Below are positions 46,902 to 57,212 of a stretch of 64,000 nucleotides of DNA, in pieces (the stretch's first letter is position 1; every line of letters starts with the position of its first letter). The notes beneath the pieces were generated by a model. That model had not been told where the DNA came from. It saw only the letters and a program-made list of their open reading frames with translations, and made no database searches. The translations under genes and the position numbers were made by a program. Origin of the DNA: Planctomycetota bacterium (GTDB taxonomy: Bacteria; Planctomycetota; B15-G4); assembly GCA_038212275.1 (NCBI GenBank), contig JBBQUR010000011.1, forward strand, positions 64,001 to 128,000, written 5' to 3'.

Positions 46902-48260
46902 TCAGCGCGTCCCGGGCTGCAGCTGATCGAGGACGCTGCGCAGGCTGACCAGCGAAGCCTCTGCGTCGTCGCCGAGCTCCCCGTCGTTCAGGAGATTCAG
47001 CCGTTCGAAGGGATCCTGCTCGAGATCGAAGAGCGCCTCGAAGGTCACCGCATTGCCGTCCACGCCACGGGCCGTGACGAGCTTGAAGCGTGCGTCGCGC
47101 GTCGTGCGGCGCCAGTCCGTTTTCGGCCCCGGGCCATTGGGCTTGAAGATGTCCGCGTAAATCCAGCTCCGGATCGACGGAAGCTCGGGATGGCTGAGGT
47201 AGGGCACGATGCTCACGGAATCCTTCGCGGCGCCCGGCTGGCCCGCGAGTTGCAGGATGGTCGCGAAGAGGTCCGTGGTGTTCACGAGCGCGGCGGATTC
47301 CGCGCCGGCGACGACGCCCGGTCCGGAGACGATGAGCGGCACGCGGACCCCTCCCTCGAAGATCGTGCCCTTGGCATGCGGGACGAAGAAGGGCGGCGTG
47401 GTCGCCTTCGGGTCGGTGCCGTTGTCCCCGACGAAGATGATCACGGTCCGGGCGCGCTCCTCGGGCGAGAGGCTGGCGAGCAGTCGCCCGAACTCCGTGT
47501 CCATGGCCTCGGTCATGGCCTTCATGTGGATCGGAATGTTGTCGGCGACACTCTCGGGCAACTCGAAGCTGTGCAGATTCGCGGGCGGCTTGTGATACGG
47601 CGTATGCGGCGCGTTGAAGGCCACGTACAGGAACCACGGCTCGGGCATGGCGCCCAGCAGTTCGATCGCGTCGTTCACGGTGGAGGTCGTGGCGTAGGTG
47701 GTGCAGTGCGCGGTCTTGCCGTCCACGGTGCGATCCCAGTTCGAGTATGCGTTGCTGACGACACCCGGAAAGGCCTGCATCGAGCCGCGGAAGTGCTCGA
47801 AGCCGCAGAGTTGCGGGTGATGCGTCCCGGTGCCGTGCGCGGCGGACAGGTGCCACTTGCCGGCGGCGGCGGTGGAGTAGACGGGCCGCAGCAGCCGGGG
47901 CAGCATCGGCAGCGAGCGCGGCAGCTCGGCGGTGTCTTTCCCGTAGTTGATGATCGTGCCGAGACCGGTGCGGAAGGAATACTGGCCGGTCATCAGCGTG
48001 GCGCGCGTCGGCGAGCAGAGCGGCTCGCTCCACGCATGGCGGAAGAGCAGGCCCTTCGCGGCGAGACTGTCGATCACGGGCGTGTGCCCCGGATCCGGGT
48101 GCTCGCGATAGCAGGCCACGCGGTCCACGCCGAGATCGTCGGCGACGACGAGCAGCACGTTGGGCCGCGAAGCAGCGGGAGGCCGGTCCGTCGTGCCGGC
48201 GAGCGCGAGCGGCGCGCCGAGAAGCATGCCGACAAGCAGCGTGGCAAGTCGGATTCGCAT
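46902..48260 (-). CDS. Secreted Cys-type sulfatase
   Basis: Signal peptide; PNVLLVVADDLG, CSPTR (CxPxR), GKWHL, APHTP, DNG, EGG.RVP; alternative start 48266. Confidence 0.92.
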   Translation of the reverse strand: MRIRLATLLVGMLLGAPLALAGTTDRPPAASRPNVLLVVADDLGVDRVACYREHPDPGHTPVIDSLAAKGLLFRHAWSEPLCSPTRATLMTGQYSFRTGLGTIINYGKDTAELPRSLPMLPRLLRPVYSTAAAGKWHLSAAHGTGTHHPQLCGFEHFRGSMQAFPGVVSNAYSNWDRTVDGKTAHCTTYATTSTVNDAIELLGAMPEPWFLYVAFNAPHTPYHKPPANLHSFELPESVADNIPIHMKAMTEAMDTEFGRLLASLSPEERARTVIIFVGDNGTDPKATTPPFFVPHAKGTIFEGGVRVPLIVSGPGVVAGAESAALVNTTDLFATILQLAGQPGAAKDSVSIVPYLSHPELPSIRSWIYADIFKPNGPGPKTDWRRTTRDARFKLVTARGVDGNAVTFEALFDLEQDPFERLNLLNDGELGDDAEASLVSLRSVLDQLQPGTR

Positions 48261-48388
48261 GGACATCCCCAGGAGTGGCTGGCGGCACGAGGACGTGCGG
48301 GTCGCGTGTCGACAAGAAGCTAACGCCCCAAGACTATCGAAGTTGCGGGGGGACGCGTCGCTGCAACACCGCTGATATGCTCTGCGAG

Positions 48389-50011
48389 ATGCTGCGCTCA
48401 AGACGATTCCTGCACGTCGCACCTCTGCTCGCGGCCCTCGTCGGCGCGGCCCCGGGCTGCTCGCCCGAGAGACCCGAGCGGCCCGAAGCGCCCGCCCGTC
48501 GGCCCGACATCGTGCTCATCTCCCTCGACAGCACGCGTGCCGACGCTCTCAGCTTCCGCGACGAGCAGGCGACGCCCCACCTCACGGCGCTGGCGAAGCG
48601 CGGCACCATCTTTGAACAGGCCATGTCCGGGAGCAGCTGGACGCTTCCAGGGCACGCCGAGATGTTCACCGGAAGCCCGCCGGCGCTGCACGGCGTGATG
48701 ACCGACAGGGTCGGCATCGACGCCCTGCAACCCACCGTGACCGAGTTGCTCCATGCGCGCGGCTACCACACCATGGGTTACTTCTCGGGCCTCTACCTCG
48801 ATCCGCGCTACGGCTTCCGGCGTGGCTTCGACAGCTACAAGGACGGCCGGCTGGCCGCTTCGGCGTCGGGCGAGGCCGAGGACGAGGGCGAGGGCGAGGG
48901 CGAGGGCGAGCCGCAATTCTTCGGCGCCGACACCATCGTGGGACCGCGCATCGCCGACCTGGCCGAGGCGGATCTTCCGGGCGTCCCGACCGACCAGCCG
49001 CTGTTCGTCTTCGCGCACGTCTTCGACCCGCACTACGACTACATCCCCCCGGCGCCCTTCGACACCCGGTTCGATCCCGACTACGACGGCGACATGGATG
49101 GGCGCGACTACTACACCGATCTGCGCGTCTACGATGCGCAGAAGTCTCCCCACCGGCAGGTGAGCGACCGGGACCTCGAGCACCTGCGCGCGCTGTACCA
49201 GGGCGAGCTCGCCTTCACCGACCAGAGCATCGGGCGGCTGCTCGCCTCGCTGGAGGCTCTCGGACGGCTGAAGAATGCGCTCATCGTGGTCACGTCGGAC
49301 CACGGCGAGGAGTTTTTTGAACACGGCAACCGCGGCCATCGCAATGGCCTCTTCGACGAGGTGCTGCACGTGCCGCTGCTCATCGTGCCCCCTGCGGGCA
49401 GCGCACCGGAGGGGAGCGCAAACCCCGTGATCAGCGTGGCCGACCAGGTCAGCCTGTCCGACATCGCCCCCACGCTGCTCGACTTCGCCGGCGTCACGCC
49501 ACCACCGACGATGAGCGGCCGTTCGCTGCGAGGCGCACTGGACGGCGCCGCCCTGGAGCGGCGGCCGGTTTACAGCACGCTGACCGGGCGCGTCACCGAG
49601 AAGGGCGAGCAGGTGCTCGTGCTGAGCGAGTCGCTGCGCTGGCCCGAGAGCAAGCTGCTGATCGTGTCCCGCTATGACCCGAAGGCGGGCTTCCGGCTGT
49701 CGTCAGCGACGTGCTTCAACCTGCTGACGGACCCGGGCGAGACGGCTCCGGCCTCTCGCGCACCGGGGCGCGATCCGATCATCAAGGCGCAGTGGCACGC
49801 GCTGGAAGAGGTGCTGGATGGGCTCCGAGCACACTACGCCGCCATGCCGCACTCGCCGGACGACGAGCGCGGCGTGTCGGCCCGCCCGGCCAGCGACGAC
49901 GCGTTGCGCGCGCTCGGATACCTGGGCACCGAGCACGTGAAGACGGACTCCGGCATGCTGCTGCCGCCCTGGGGTCTCGGACCGCGCACGGGACTGCCCG
50001 CGTCCAACTGA
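48389..50011 (+). CDS. Sulfatase-like lipoprotein with non-canonical active-site motif
   Basis: APGC lipobox; SLDSTRAD, SWTLPGH, FDPHYDY, SDHGEEF.EHG, LRALGY. Confidence 0.85.
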   Translation: MLRSRRFLHVAPLLAALVGAAPGCSPERPERPEAPARRPDIVLISLDSTRADALSFRDEQATPHLTALAKRGTIFEQAMSGSSWTLPGHAEMFTGSPPALHGVMTDRVGIDALQPTVTELLHARGYHTMGYFSGLYLDPRYGFRRGFDSYKDGRLAASASGEAEDEGEGEGEGEPQFFGADTIVGPRIADLAEADLPGVPTDQPLFVFAHVFDPHYDYIPPAPFDTRFDPDYDGDMDGRDYYTDLRVYDAQKSPHRQVSDRDLEHLRALYQGELAFTDQSIGRLLASLEALGRLKNALIVVTSDHGEEFFEHGNRGHRNGLFDEVLHVPLLIVPPAGSAPEGSANPVISVADQVSLSDIAPTLLDFAGVTPPPTMSGRSLRGALDGAALERRPVYSTLTGRVTEKGEQVLVLSESLRWPESKLLIVSRYDPKAGFRLSSATCFNLLTDPGETAPASRAPGRDPIIKAQWHALEEVLDGLRAHYAAMPHSPDDERGVSARPASDDALRALGYLGTEHVKTDSGMLLPPWGLGPRTGLPASN

Positions 50012-50070
50012 GTGCGCAGCCAGCGCAGGCAGCTGCCACACTGACTCCGCAGGCGCGGCTCGGCGGCTGC

Positions 50071-51690
50071 TCAGCGGCTGCCGCGGCAGTCCTCGAGGAA
50101 GAGCACGTCCTTGCGTTCCGCGTCGCCGCCGACGTAGCCCAGCGCCTTCATGTCGGGCAGCGCGTCGGCGGTGACGCCCGGCCAGGTCATGGCGCGCTCG
50201 TGCTGCGGCTCGTTGAGCCAGCGCAGCAGCGCCGCGCGCAGCGGGCGCAGGTGTTCCGGCAGGCCGGCCTCGGTGCCGAGCAGCGCGGGTTCGAGCCCCG
50301 CCAGCAGATCGTGCTGCGCGAGCGGGTCCGCCAGCAGGTCGTAGGCCTCGAAGCAGCCGATCGGAAAGGCGTGCTGCGTTCCGAAGTACGGTGCCTTGCG
50401 CATCTGCGCGTGGCGAGGGTTGTGCACGTACAGCCAGCGCTTGTCGACCACGCAGTACAGGATGTCCTGCATCTCGATGAAGGCGAAGGGACGCGTCGGT
50501 TCCGTCGAGTCACCTCGCGCGAGCGGCAGGATCGAGCGGCTCTCCATGTCGGCGGGCACCGGCAGCCCTGCGATGTCCAGCAGCGTGGCGGCGAGGTCGA
50601 GGTTCTGCACCTGCGCCTCGCGCCGCTCTCCGGCCGGCAGGCCCGGCCCCGCGAGGATGAGCGGAATGCGCAGCGTGCCCGGGTAGATCGAGCTGTCGTG
50701 AAAGAAGTAGCGGTTGTGATCGAAGAGTTCCTCGCCGTGATCCGCGGTGAAGACGAAGCAGGTCTGCCGGCTCAGGTCCGCCGCATCGAGCGCGTCGAGC
50801 AGGCGCCCGAGGCGCGCGTCGGTGGCGGTCACGCCGCCGTCGTACAGGCCCGTGATGCGCGCAATCTCCTGCGGCGTCGGCTCATGCGCGCCGAGCGTGA
50901 TCTGCGAGAGCAGCTCCGTGAGCGCCGGCCCCGAGTTCTCGTCGGGCGCCACGAGCACCGCGGGGAGATCCGGCGCATGACCGTAGAGGTCGAACTCGCG
51001 CGGCGGGTTGTAGGGATCGTGGATGTCGAAGAAGTGCACCCACAGTGCGTAGGGCCGCGCGGGATCGATCGTGGCGATCCACTCGAGCGCCGCCTGCTCC
51101 GTGCGCTCGTCCCAGAGCCGCTCGATCTGCCCCGCGTCGCCCGTGTCGTCGGCGCGCTTGCCCTGGAAGGCCTTGTCCGCACCCCGGAAGGCCCAGCGCC
51201 CGCCCATGTTCTCCGTGTCGAAGTTGGCCAGGAAGATGCCCACCTGATAACCCGCGTCGTGCAGGTCCTCGAAGACCGTGCGATGGCTGTCGAGCAGCGT
51301 GAGCCGGTTCTCGCGCAGTCCCGTCGTGATCGGATACTTGCCGCTGAGCATCGACGACAGCGACGGACGCGTCTGGCCGCGCGGCGCCCAGCACCGCTCG
51401 AAGAGCACGCCCTTTGCCGCGAGGCCGTCCACCTCGGGCGAGATGCTGGCGCCCCAACGGTCGTAGCCATAGCAGCCGAGGTGATCGGCGCGCAGCGTGT
51501 CGAAGGAGATGAGCGCGATGCTGGGCGGCCGGCCGCCCTCGGCGGGCGTCGAGGACGCGCGCGGCCCTCCGCGGCCCGCTTCCGTCGTGCCGGCCTGGTC
51601 GCGAGTCGTGCCCGCGGGCGTCGACTCGTCACCGCACGCTGCGAGTCCGGCGAGCAGGGCAAGGAGCAGCGAGCATGTGTGCTTGGGCAT
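50071..51690 (-). CDS. Sulfatase-like lipoprotein with non-canonical active-site motif
   Basis: LAAC lipobox; FDTLRADHL, GQTRPS, FDIHDPY, ADHGEE, MKALGY. Confidence 0.85.
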   Translation of the reverse strand: MPKHTCSLLLALLAGLAACGDESTPAGTTRDQAGTTEAGRGGPRASSTPAEGGRPPSIALISFDTLRADHLGCYGYDRWGASISPEVDGLAAKGVLFERCWAPRGQTRPSLSSMLSGKYPITTGLRENRLTLLDSHRTVFEDLHDAGYQVGIFLANFDTENMGGRWAFRGADKAFQGKRADDTGDAGQIERLWDERTEQAALEWIATIDPARPYALWVHFFDIHDPYNPPREFDLYGHAPDLPAVLVAPDENSGPALTELLSQITLGAHEPTPQEIARITGLYDGGVTATDARLGRLLDALDAADLSRQTCFVFTADHGEELFDHNRYFFHDSSIYPGTLRIPLILAGPGLPAGERREAQVQNLDLAATLLDIAGLPVPADMESRSILPLARGDSTEPTRPFAFIEMQDILYCVVDKRWLYVHNPRHAQMRKAPYFGTQHAFPIGCFEAYDLLADPLAQHDLLAGLEPALLGTEAGLPEHLRPLRAALLRWLNEPQHERAMTWPGVTADALPDMKALGYVGGDAERKDVLFLEDCRGSR

Positions 51691-51740
51691 GAGCGCACAC
51701 GATAACGTCCGCTCGCGCGCCTGGAACCGGCTCTCCGCGC

Positions 51741-53147
51741 TCAGAACTGGAAGTAGATGAACGGCGTCTGCCCCTGGATCACCAGGAAGAGCGTGCCGAG
51801 CAGCAGTCCCAGCAGGACGCCCACGGCGGGAGTCGGAAGGCCGAGCACCCGCGCGCGCACGGCGTCCACGCAGCGCTCGGGAAGGAAGTGCGTCAGCACG
51901 GCGCCGGCCAGCGCGACCCAGCCCCAGCGGCCGAGCTCCCACGAGCTGCCGAAGCGCGTCAGCACGTCGCCGGCATTGCCCAGATCGCCGGCGCGGACGA
52001 GCACGTAGGCCAGGGTCGTGAAATGGAAGGCGACCAGCCACGCCATCGCGCGGCGCAGCGGCGTCGTGGCGAAGGGCTCGCCCGTCACGTGCTCCCGCCA
52101 GCGCTCGAAGATCAGCGCCAGCGCTTGAAGGATTCCATAGAGCAGCCAGAGAGAGCTGGCGCCGTGCCAGAGACCGATGACCACCATGGTGATCATCAGG
52201 TTGCGCGCCACCTTCCACTCGCTGCCGCGCGACCCGCCCAGCGGAAAGTAGAGGTAGTCGCGCACCCAGCTCGAGAGCGAGATGTGCCAGCGTCGCCAGA
52301 ACTCGCGGATGGAGAGCGACCGGTACGGCGCGTTGAAGTTCTCCAGCAGGTCGTAGCCGAAGAGCCGCGCGCTGCCGATGGCGATGTCGGAGTAGCCGGA
52401 GAAGTCGCAGTAGATCTGGAAGGCGAAGGCGTAGATCGCGAGCAGGTGCAGCGGGCCCGAGTAGCTCTCGGGGTGCGTGTAGACGGGGTCCACGAGCGTG
52501 CGGCCGATGACGTCTGCGAGCAGGGTCTTCTTCGCGAGGCCGATGCCGATGCGCCAGAGCCCGTCGTGCAGGCGCTGCTTGTCGAAGCGCGGTTTCCATG
52601 AGATCTGCGGCAGGAAGTCCCTGGCGCGCACGATCGGCCCTGCGACGAGCTGCGGGAAGAAGCTCACGAAGAAAGCGAAGTCGCGCACGCTGCGCTGCGG
52701 CGCGAGCGTGCCGCGGTAGACGTCGATCGTGTAGGACAGCGTCTGGAAGGTGTAGAAGGAGATGCCGACCGGCACCTTGTCGGTCCACGCCAGCTCCATG
52801 AGCGGCACGTGCGTGCCCAGCGCGGCCTGCAGTGGCGCGCACAGCTCCGCGATCCACGCGCTGTACTTGAAGTACGCCAGCAGCCCGAGGTTCCCGAAGA
52901 GGCTGCAGCACAGCGCGACGAGCCTGCCGCGGGGGCTCGACAGGCGCGAGAGCAAGCGGCCGACGAGATAGTCGAGCAGCGTGGAGAACACGAGCAGCCA
53001 GACAAACCAGGGCTCGAAGGCGCCGTAGAACAGGAGGCTCGCGCCCAGCAGCAACCACGTGCGCAGCGCGCGCCGGTTCGCGCAGCTCCAGTACAGCAGC
53101 AGCGTCGTGACCAGCAGCAGTCCGTAGTGCCAGCTGTGAAACGCCAT
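51741..53147 (-). CDS. MBOAT family O-acyltransferase (AlgI/PatA-like)
   Basis: PVGISFYTFQ, FFPQLVAGPI.R, DFSGYSD, NF..PY, FWRRWHISLS.W.RDY, GLWHG, terminal FIYFQF. Confidence 0.93.
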   Translation of the reverse strand: MAFHSWHYGLLLVTTLLLYWSCANRRALRTWLLLGASLLFYGAFEPWFVWLLVFSTLLDYLVGRLLSRLSSPRGRLVALCCSLFGNLGLLAYFKYSAWIAELCAPLQAALGTHVPLMELAWTDKVPVGISFYTFQTLSYTIDVYRGTLAPQRSVRDFAFFVSFFPQLVAGPIVRARDFLPQISWKPRFDKQRLHDGLWRIGIGLAKKTLLADVIGRTLVDPVYTHPESYSGPLHLLAIYAFAFQIYCDFSGYSDIAIGSARLFGYDLLENFNAPYRSLSIREFWRRWHISLSSWVRDYLYFPLGGSRGSEWKVARNLMITMVVIGLWHGASSLWLLYGILQALALIFERWREHVTGEPFATTPLRRAMAWLVAFHFTTLAYVLVRAGDLGNAGDVLTRFGSSWELGRWGWVALAGAVLTHFLPERCVDAVRARVLGLPTPAVGVLLGLLLGTLFLVIQGQTPFIYFQF

Positions 53148-53153
53148 GCGCGA

Positions 53154-54530
53154 TCAGTCCCTCGGACGCGCGGCGCGCGCGCGCTGGAGCGACTCGATCA
53201 GGGCGGCGCCGGCGCCGTCCCCCTTCGCGTGACCGCCGGGCGCTCCCCCGGCGTCGGGCGCACGGACGGCGGCGGGCGCGGGGTCGGCGTCGGGCGCCGT
53301 GTCGGCGTCGGGCGCGGGGTCGGCGGCCAGCAGCTCCGCGAGACCCTCGGCAACCGCCGCGTGTCCCTCCGGCGACCAGTGCGCGTCGTCGCAGGTGAAG
53401 CGGCGATGGTCGGAGCCGATGTGCGTGATCACGTCCCCGAGCGACCAGCAGGTGATGCCGCGCCGCTCGCAGGCCTCGCGCAGCGCGTCGAGAGACTGCT
53501 CACGCGGCGTGCCCACGGGCGGCGCTCCGGCCGCGGCGTTCCCGTGAAGATACGCGCGCCAGGCCTCGTCGCTGTCCATGTACGGCTCGTAGAGCAGCAC
53601 CACCCGCAGCGCGACGCCCTGCGCGCGGGCGGCGAGGGCCAGCGCTTCCAGCTCGTCCCACGTGCGCTCCAGCATGGGCTCCACCACCTCGGCGAGACCG
53701 GGCGCGAGCGTCGCGCGCGACAGCACGAACTTGTCGATCTCCGCCGAGCGGCGCCCCTGGTCCGAGGCCCGGGCGCGGTAGCGCCTGTAGATCGACGAAT
53801 GCGTGAGGGCGCCGTGCACCGTCGCGGCCAGCGGCAGCAACGGCTGCGGGCACACGCTGGCGATGTCCAGCGGCAGCAGGTCGACACCCACGTGCACGTA
53901 ATGCCGCGTCGACGACGGGTCGAGCAGCATCTGCGAACCGGGCGCCACGAACAGCAGCACGAGGTCGGGCTGGACGAGCGGGATCAGCCGGATGGCGCGA
54001 CGCGCGGCCTGCACGGCCGAGTAGCCCATGACGCCGCCGTTGAGCACGCGCCAGTGGCCGGGGAAGCGGCGCGCGCACTCGGCCTCCAGATACACCGACC
54101 ACGTGTGATCCATGTCGGGGCCGCCCTTGCCCGCGCCGAAGACTGTGGACGCGCCGACACCGAGAATGCGCAGCTCGTCGCGCGGAGCGGTGCCCGGGAT
54201 CTCGGGGCTGCGCAACCCCAGCGAACTGATCGTCGTCTTGGCGTTGCGGAAACCGGGCAGGACCGTCCAGCCCAGTTCCGGGTCGGCCTGGTGCATCGGT
54301 TCCCCGGACAGATCGCGCGCCTCATCCAGCCAGCCCAGCGCAAGGTCGAAGGCGAAGAGTCCCGCCACCACGCCCGCGCAGAGCAGCACGAGCTGGCGCA
54401 GCACCGGCCCGCGTGCGACGGGCGTGCCTGGAGCGGGTGATGGATCGAGGTCGCCGTCCGGGCCCGGCGCGGCCTCTCGTGCCGGCTGCTGCCGCGGGTC
54501 CGGCGGAGACATGGGCGCGACCTCGGACAT
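53154..54530 (-). CDS. Membrane-anchored SGNH/GDSL-like protein (candidate periplasmic acyltransferase)
   Basis: N-terminal TM; DP.LGW, GLR, GASTVFG (GDS-like), N.GV.GY, DDAHWS..GH. Confidence 0.75.
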   Translation of the reverse strand: MSEVAPMSPPDPRQQPAREAAPGPDGDLDPSPAPGTPVARGPVLRQLVLLCAGVVAGLFAFDLALGWLDEARDLSGEPMHQADPELGWTVLPGFRNAKTTISSLGLRSPEIPGTAPRDELRILGVGASTVFGAGKGGPDMDHTWSVYLEAECARRFPGHWRVLNGGVMGYSAVQAARRAIRLIPLVQPDLVLLFVAPGSQMLLDPSSTRHYVHVGVDLLPLDIASVCPQPLLPLAATVHGALTHSSIYRRYRARASDQGRRSAEIDKFVLSRATLAPGLAEVVEPMLERTWDELEALALAARAQGVALRVVLLYEPYMDSDEAWRAYLHGNAAAGAPPVGTPREQSLDALREACERRGITCWSLGDVITHIGSDHRRFTCDDAHWSPEGHAAVAEGLAELLAADPAPDADTAPDADPAPAAVRAPDAGGAPGGHAKGDGAGAALIESLQRARAARPRD

Positions 54531-54572
54531 GCGGGCGAGTCTAGCGCGCGGGAGCGCCGCGGCGGCGACGCC

Positions 54573-56210
54573 TCAACGCTCGTCCACGAAGCGGTAGAGG
54601 CGGAAGGTCTGCCCGAAGGCGCGCGCCGGCCCCTCCACCAGCGCGAAGTGCGGATTGCGGTCGATGCTGTCCAGCGCCGGCCGCATGGACGGCGCGCCCG
54701 GATCGCCCATGAGCAGCAGGTGCGTGACGCCGTAGCGCTGCGCCACGTCGCGGATCACGGCTTCCGGCTCGTATGGGATCTGCACGCAGCGCAGGCCGGT
54801 GAGCGCATTCAGCTCATGGACGTCGCGCGCCATGATGACCGCGTCCTGGAGTCCGTAGCGCTGGATCACGCGGCGATCGAAGGCCGTGTAGAAGTTGTTC
54901 AGCTCCTGGATGCCACGCGCCTTGCGCGCGAGACCCAGCACACCGAACCGGTATTGTCCGACCGCGAGCACGCCGCACACGACGACGGCGACGGCGAACG
55001 GCACGCGCGCGTCCGGCCAGCTTGCCGGCAGCACGCGCCGCAGCGGCAGGAGCAGGAGTCGCGTCGCCAGCAGCAGGCCCGAGGCCGCGCACAGGACCAG
55101 CACGGGATAGATGCTGAACATGCCGGAGCGGAACGACTCGAGTCCGACGGCGGTGAAGACCAGCGAGTAGAAGGTCCACTCGGCCGCCCAGAGCATCCAG
55201 AAGGCGACGCACACGCGGCGGAAGGTCGTGAGCAGGCCGATCCACGACAGCACCAGCAGCGCAACGAGGGCCGGGTGATTCCAGGCGCCCTCGCGATCGG
55301 CCGCGCCCGACACCATGCCGGTGGCCGCGGTCTCCAGATTGCGCATCGACACCACGCCCTTGAGTTGCAGCACCGGGTCCCAGCCGTCCTTGAGCCAGCT
55401 CTCGCGCGTGACGCTCTCGGGCAGCGAGTACCACTGCTCGTAATCGCGCATGAACACCGCGCGGAATGAGCCGCCCGGCATGAGCGCACCGTGCACTTCG
55501 AGATTGTGCACCCACCACGGCGACATCAGCAGCACGTAGCCCAGCGGCACGAGCGCAACGCGCTTCCAGCCCGGCCGGCTGCGGTGCACGACGTGCGCGA
55601 CGACGAGCGGGACGAAGAGCAGGATGCCGTCGCTGCGCGCGAGCTGCGTGAGCGCGATGGCAGCGCCCGCCCAGAACAGGCAGCGCGGGTCCCGCACGGA
55701 GCGCACGGCGAGCCACAGCGAGAGCGTGGCCAGCACCAGGTAGGGTCCGTGCGACAGCGGCGCGCAGGGCTGGTCCATGAACAGGTGGAAGGTGGTGGCG
55801 AAGGTCGCGCCCAGCAGCGCCACGCGACGGTCGATGAAGAGTTCGCAGCCCAGCAGCCAGATCAGCAGCGGCAGCACCGAAGTGATGACGATCATCGTGG
55901 TCTGCGCGACCGCGTAGCTCGTGCCGCCCACCCACATGCCGATGGCGCAGAGCAGGGACGGCAGCGGCATCCACCACACGTTGCTGGGCGTCGGAAAGCC
56001 CTGCGGGTGGTCCCAGAAGTTCCAGATGTAGTCGATGTTGAAGCCGCGGCCTTCGACGAGGTTCTGCGCCACCGTGTAGTAGAAGGAGACGTCGCCGTGA
56101 TTGAGGCCGGTGCGCGGCGCGTTGATCGCGAGCTTGCAGAAGAAGGTCGCCACGCAGCAGAGTCCGACCCAGACCCACATCCACTTCGGCGGGCGCGACG
56201 GGGCGAGCAT
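54573..56210 (-). CDS. GT-C fold glycosyltransferase-like membrane protein (ArnT/PMT-like)
   Basis: D..FY..VAQNL.EGRGF after TM1, WMPL, multiple TMs, R.DG, PWW..N. Confidence 0.7.
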   Translation of the reverse strand: MLAPSRPPKWMWVWVGLCCVATFFCKLAINAPRTGLNHGDVSFYYTVAQNLVEGRGFNIDYIWNFWDHPQGFPTPSNVWWMPLPSLLCAIGMWVGGTSYAVAQTTMIVITSVLPLLIWLLGCELFIDRRVALLGATFATTFHLFMDQPCAPLSHGPYLVLATLSLWLAVRSVRDPRCLFWAGAAIALTQLARSDGILLFVPLVVAHVVHRSRPGWKRVALVPLGYVLLMSPWWVHNLEVHGALMPGGSFRAVFMRDYEQWYSLPESVTRESWLKDGWDPVLQLKGVVSMRNLETAATGMVSGAADREGAWNHPALVALLVLSWIGLLTTFRRVCVAFWMLWAAEWTFYSLVFTAVGLESFRSGMFSIYPVLVLCAASGLLLATRLLLLPLRRVLPASWPDARVPFAVAVVVCGVLAVGQYRFGVLGLARKARGIQELNNFYTAFDRRVIQRYGLQDAVIMARDVHELNALTGLRCVQIPYEPEAVIRDVAQRYGVTHLLLMGDPGAPSMRPALDSIDRNPHFALVEGPARAFGQTFRLYRFVDER

Positions 56211-56268
56211 CAGGCGAGCGTACTCGGCCGGCTCGTCCAGGTTCCACAGCCATGCCCTTCTCGCACGG

Positions 56269-57162
56269 CTACAGCTCGATGGGCACGAGCGGCACGGGGA
56301 TGACCACGCGCGTGGCCGGCGCGACGGCGCGGATCTCGGCCTGAAACGCCGCGAGATCCGCGCGCGTCGTCGCCGACAGCGGCTCGCCGAGCGGGGCCCG
56401 CCACGCGTCGAAATGACTGGTCAGCACGAGCGGCGGCGCGCCCAGTGCGGCCATCAGCCGGCCGGCGTAGTCGTGCACCTCATCGCGCAGGCCCGTGGCC
56501 ACGACGGCGACATCCGGGCGCAGGCCGGCCAGTTCGCGCTCGATGTAGTTGGCCGAGCCGATGAAGAGCACCTCGTGCCCGCCGAGACGCACGAGATAGT
56601 CGAGAGTCCCGCCCTCGCCGAAGTCCGCGAAGGGCATGGGCAGCACGACGTCGGCGGCGATGAGGTCGTCCGCGCCGTAGACGTGCTTGTCGTCCAGCGC
56701 GCTGTGCAGGCCGGGGATCACGCGCACCGAGAAGCCGTCGAAGGCGTAGTCCTCGCCGCCCTTCACCGGGATGATCCGGTCCGCGGGCAGGCCGCAGGCG
56801 CGGCCATAGTGCGCCGTCGACACGCTGCCGACGAGCTGCGCGCCGCTGCGGGCCGCCACGCCCGGCGCATCCAGCACGTGGTCCACGTGCGAGTGCCCCA
56901 CGAGCACGAGGTCCGCGCGCGCCGGCGAGTGCCGCGCGATCGCGTCCTCGTCCGGGATCACCGGCACGCCCCCGTCGAGCGCCGGCCGCGAGAAGTACGG
57001 ATCCACGACGACGGTGTGCAGCCCGTCCGTGAGCGACCAGCCCGCGACGCCGAGGTACGTGAGCGTGACGGGCGGCGAGGCCCTCGGGCCGGCGCAGGCG
57101 CCGAGCGCGAGCAGGAGCGCGGGCGCGAGCAGGAGCGCGAAAGCGGGCTGGAGTCGGTGCAT
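56269..57162 (-). CDS. Metallo-beta-lactamase fold lipoprotein
   Basis: LGAC lipobox; YLG.AG, DPYFSR, HSHVDH, HS, HFD. Confidence 0.88.
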   Translation of the reverse strand: MHRLQPAFALLLAPALLLALGACAGPRASPPVTLTYLGVAGWSLTDGLHTVVVDPYFSRPALDGGVPVIPDEDAIARHSPARADLVLVGHSHVDHVLDAPGVAARSGAQLVGSVSTAHYGRACGLPADRIIPVKGGEDYAFDGFSVRVIPGLHSALDDKHVYGADDLIAADVVLPMPFADFGEGGTLDYLVRLGGHEVLFIGSANYIERELAGLRPDVAVVATGLRDEVHDYAGRLMAALGAPPLVLTSHFDAWRAPLGEPLSATTRADLAAFQAEIRAVAPATRVVIPVPLVPIEL

Positions 57163-57212
57163 GCGCGGCGAGGATACGCACGGCCGGACCGCGCTTCACG
57201 TGCCGGTCGGCT

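Noticed and set aside
48878..48909. GAGGGC repeat encoding EDEGEGEGEGE
   Set aside because: In-frame low-complexity loop that cannot cause frameshift switching
56269..57162. MBL-fold protein as an antibiotic resistance gene
   Set aside because: Only the generic HxHxDH fold motif; nothing specific to class B beta-lactamases
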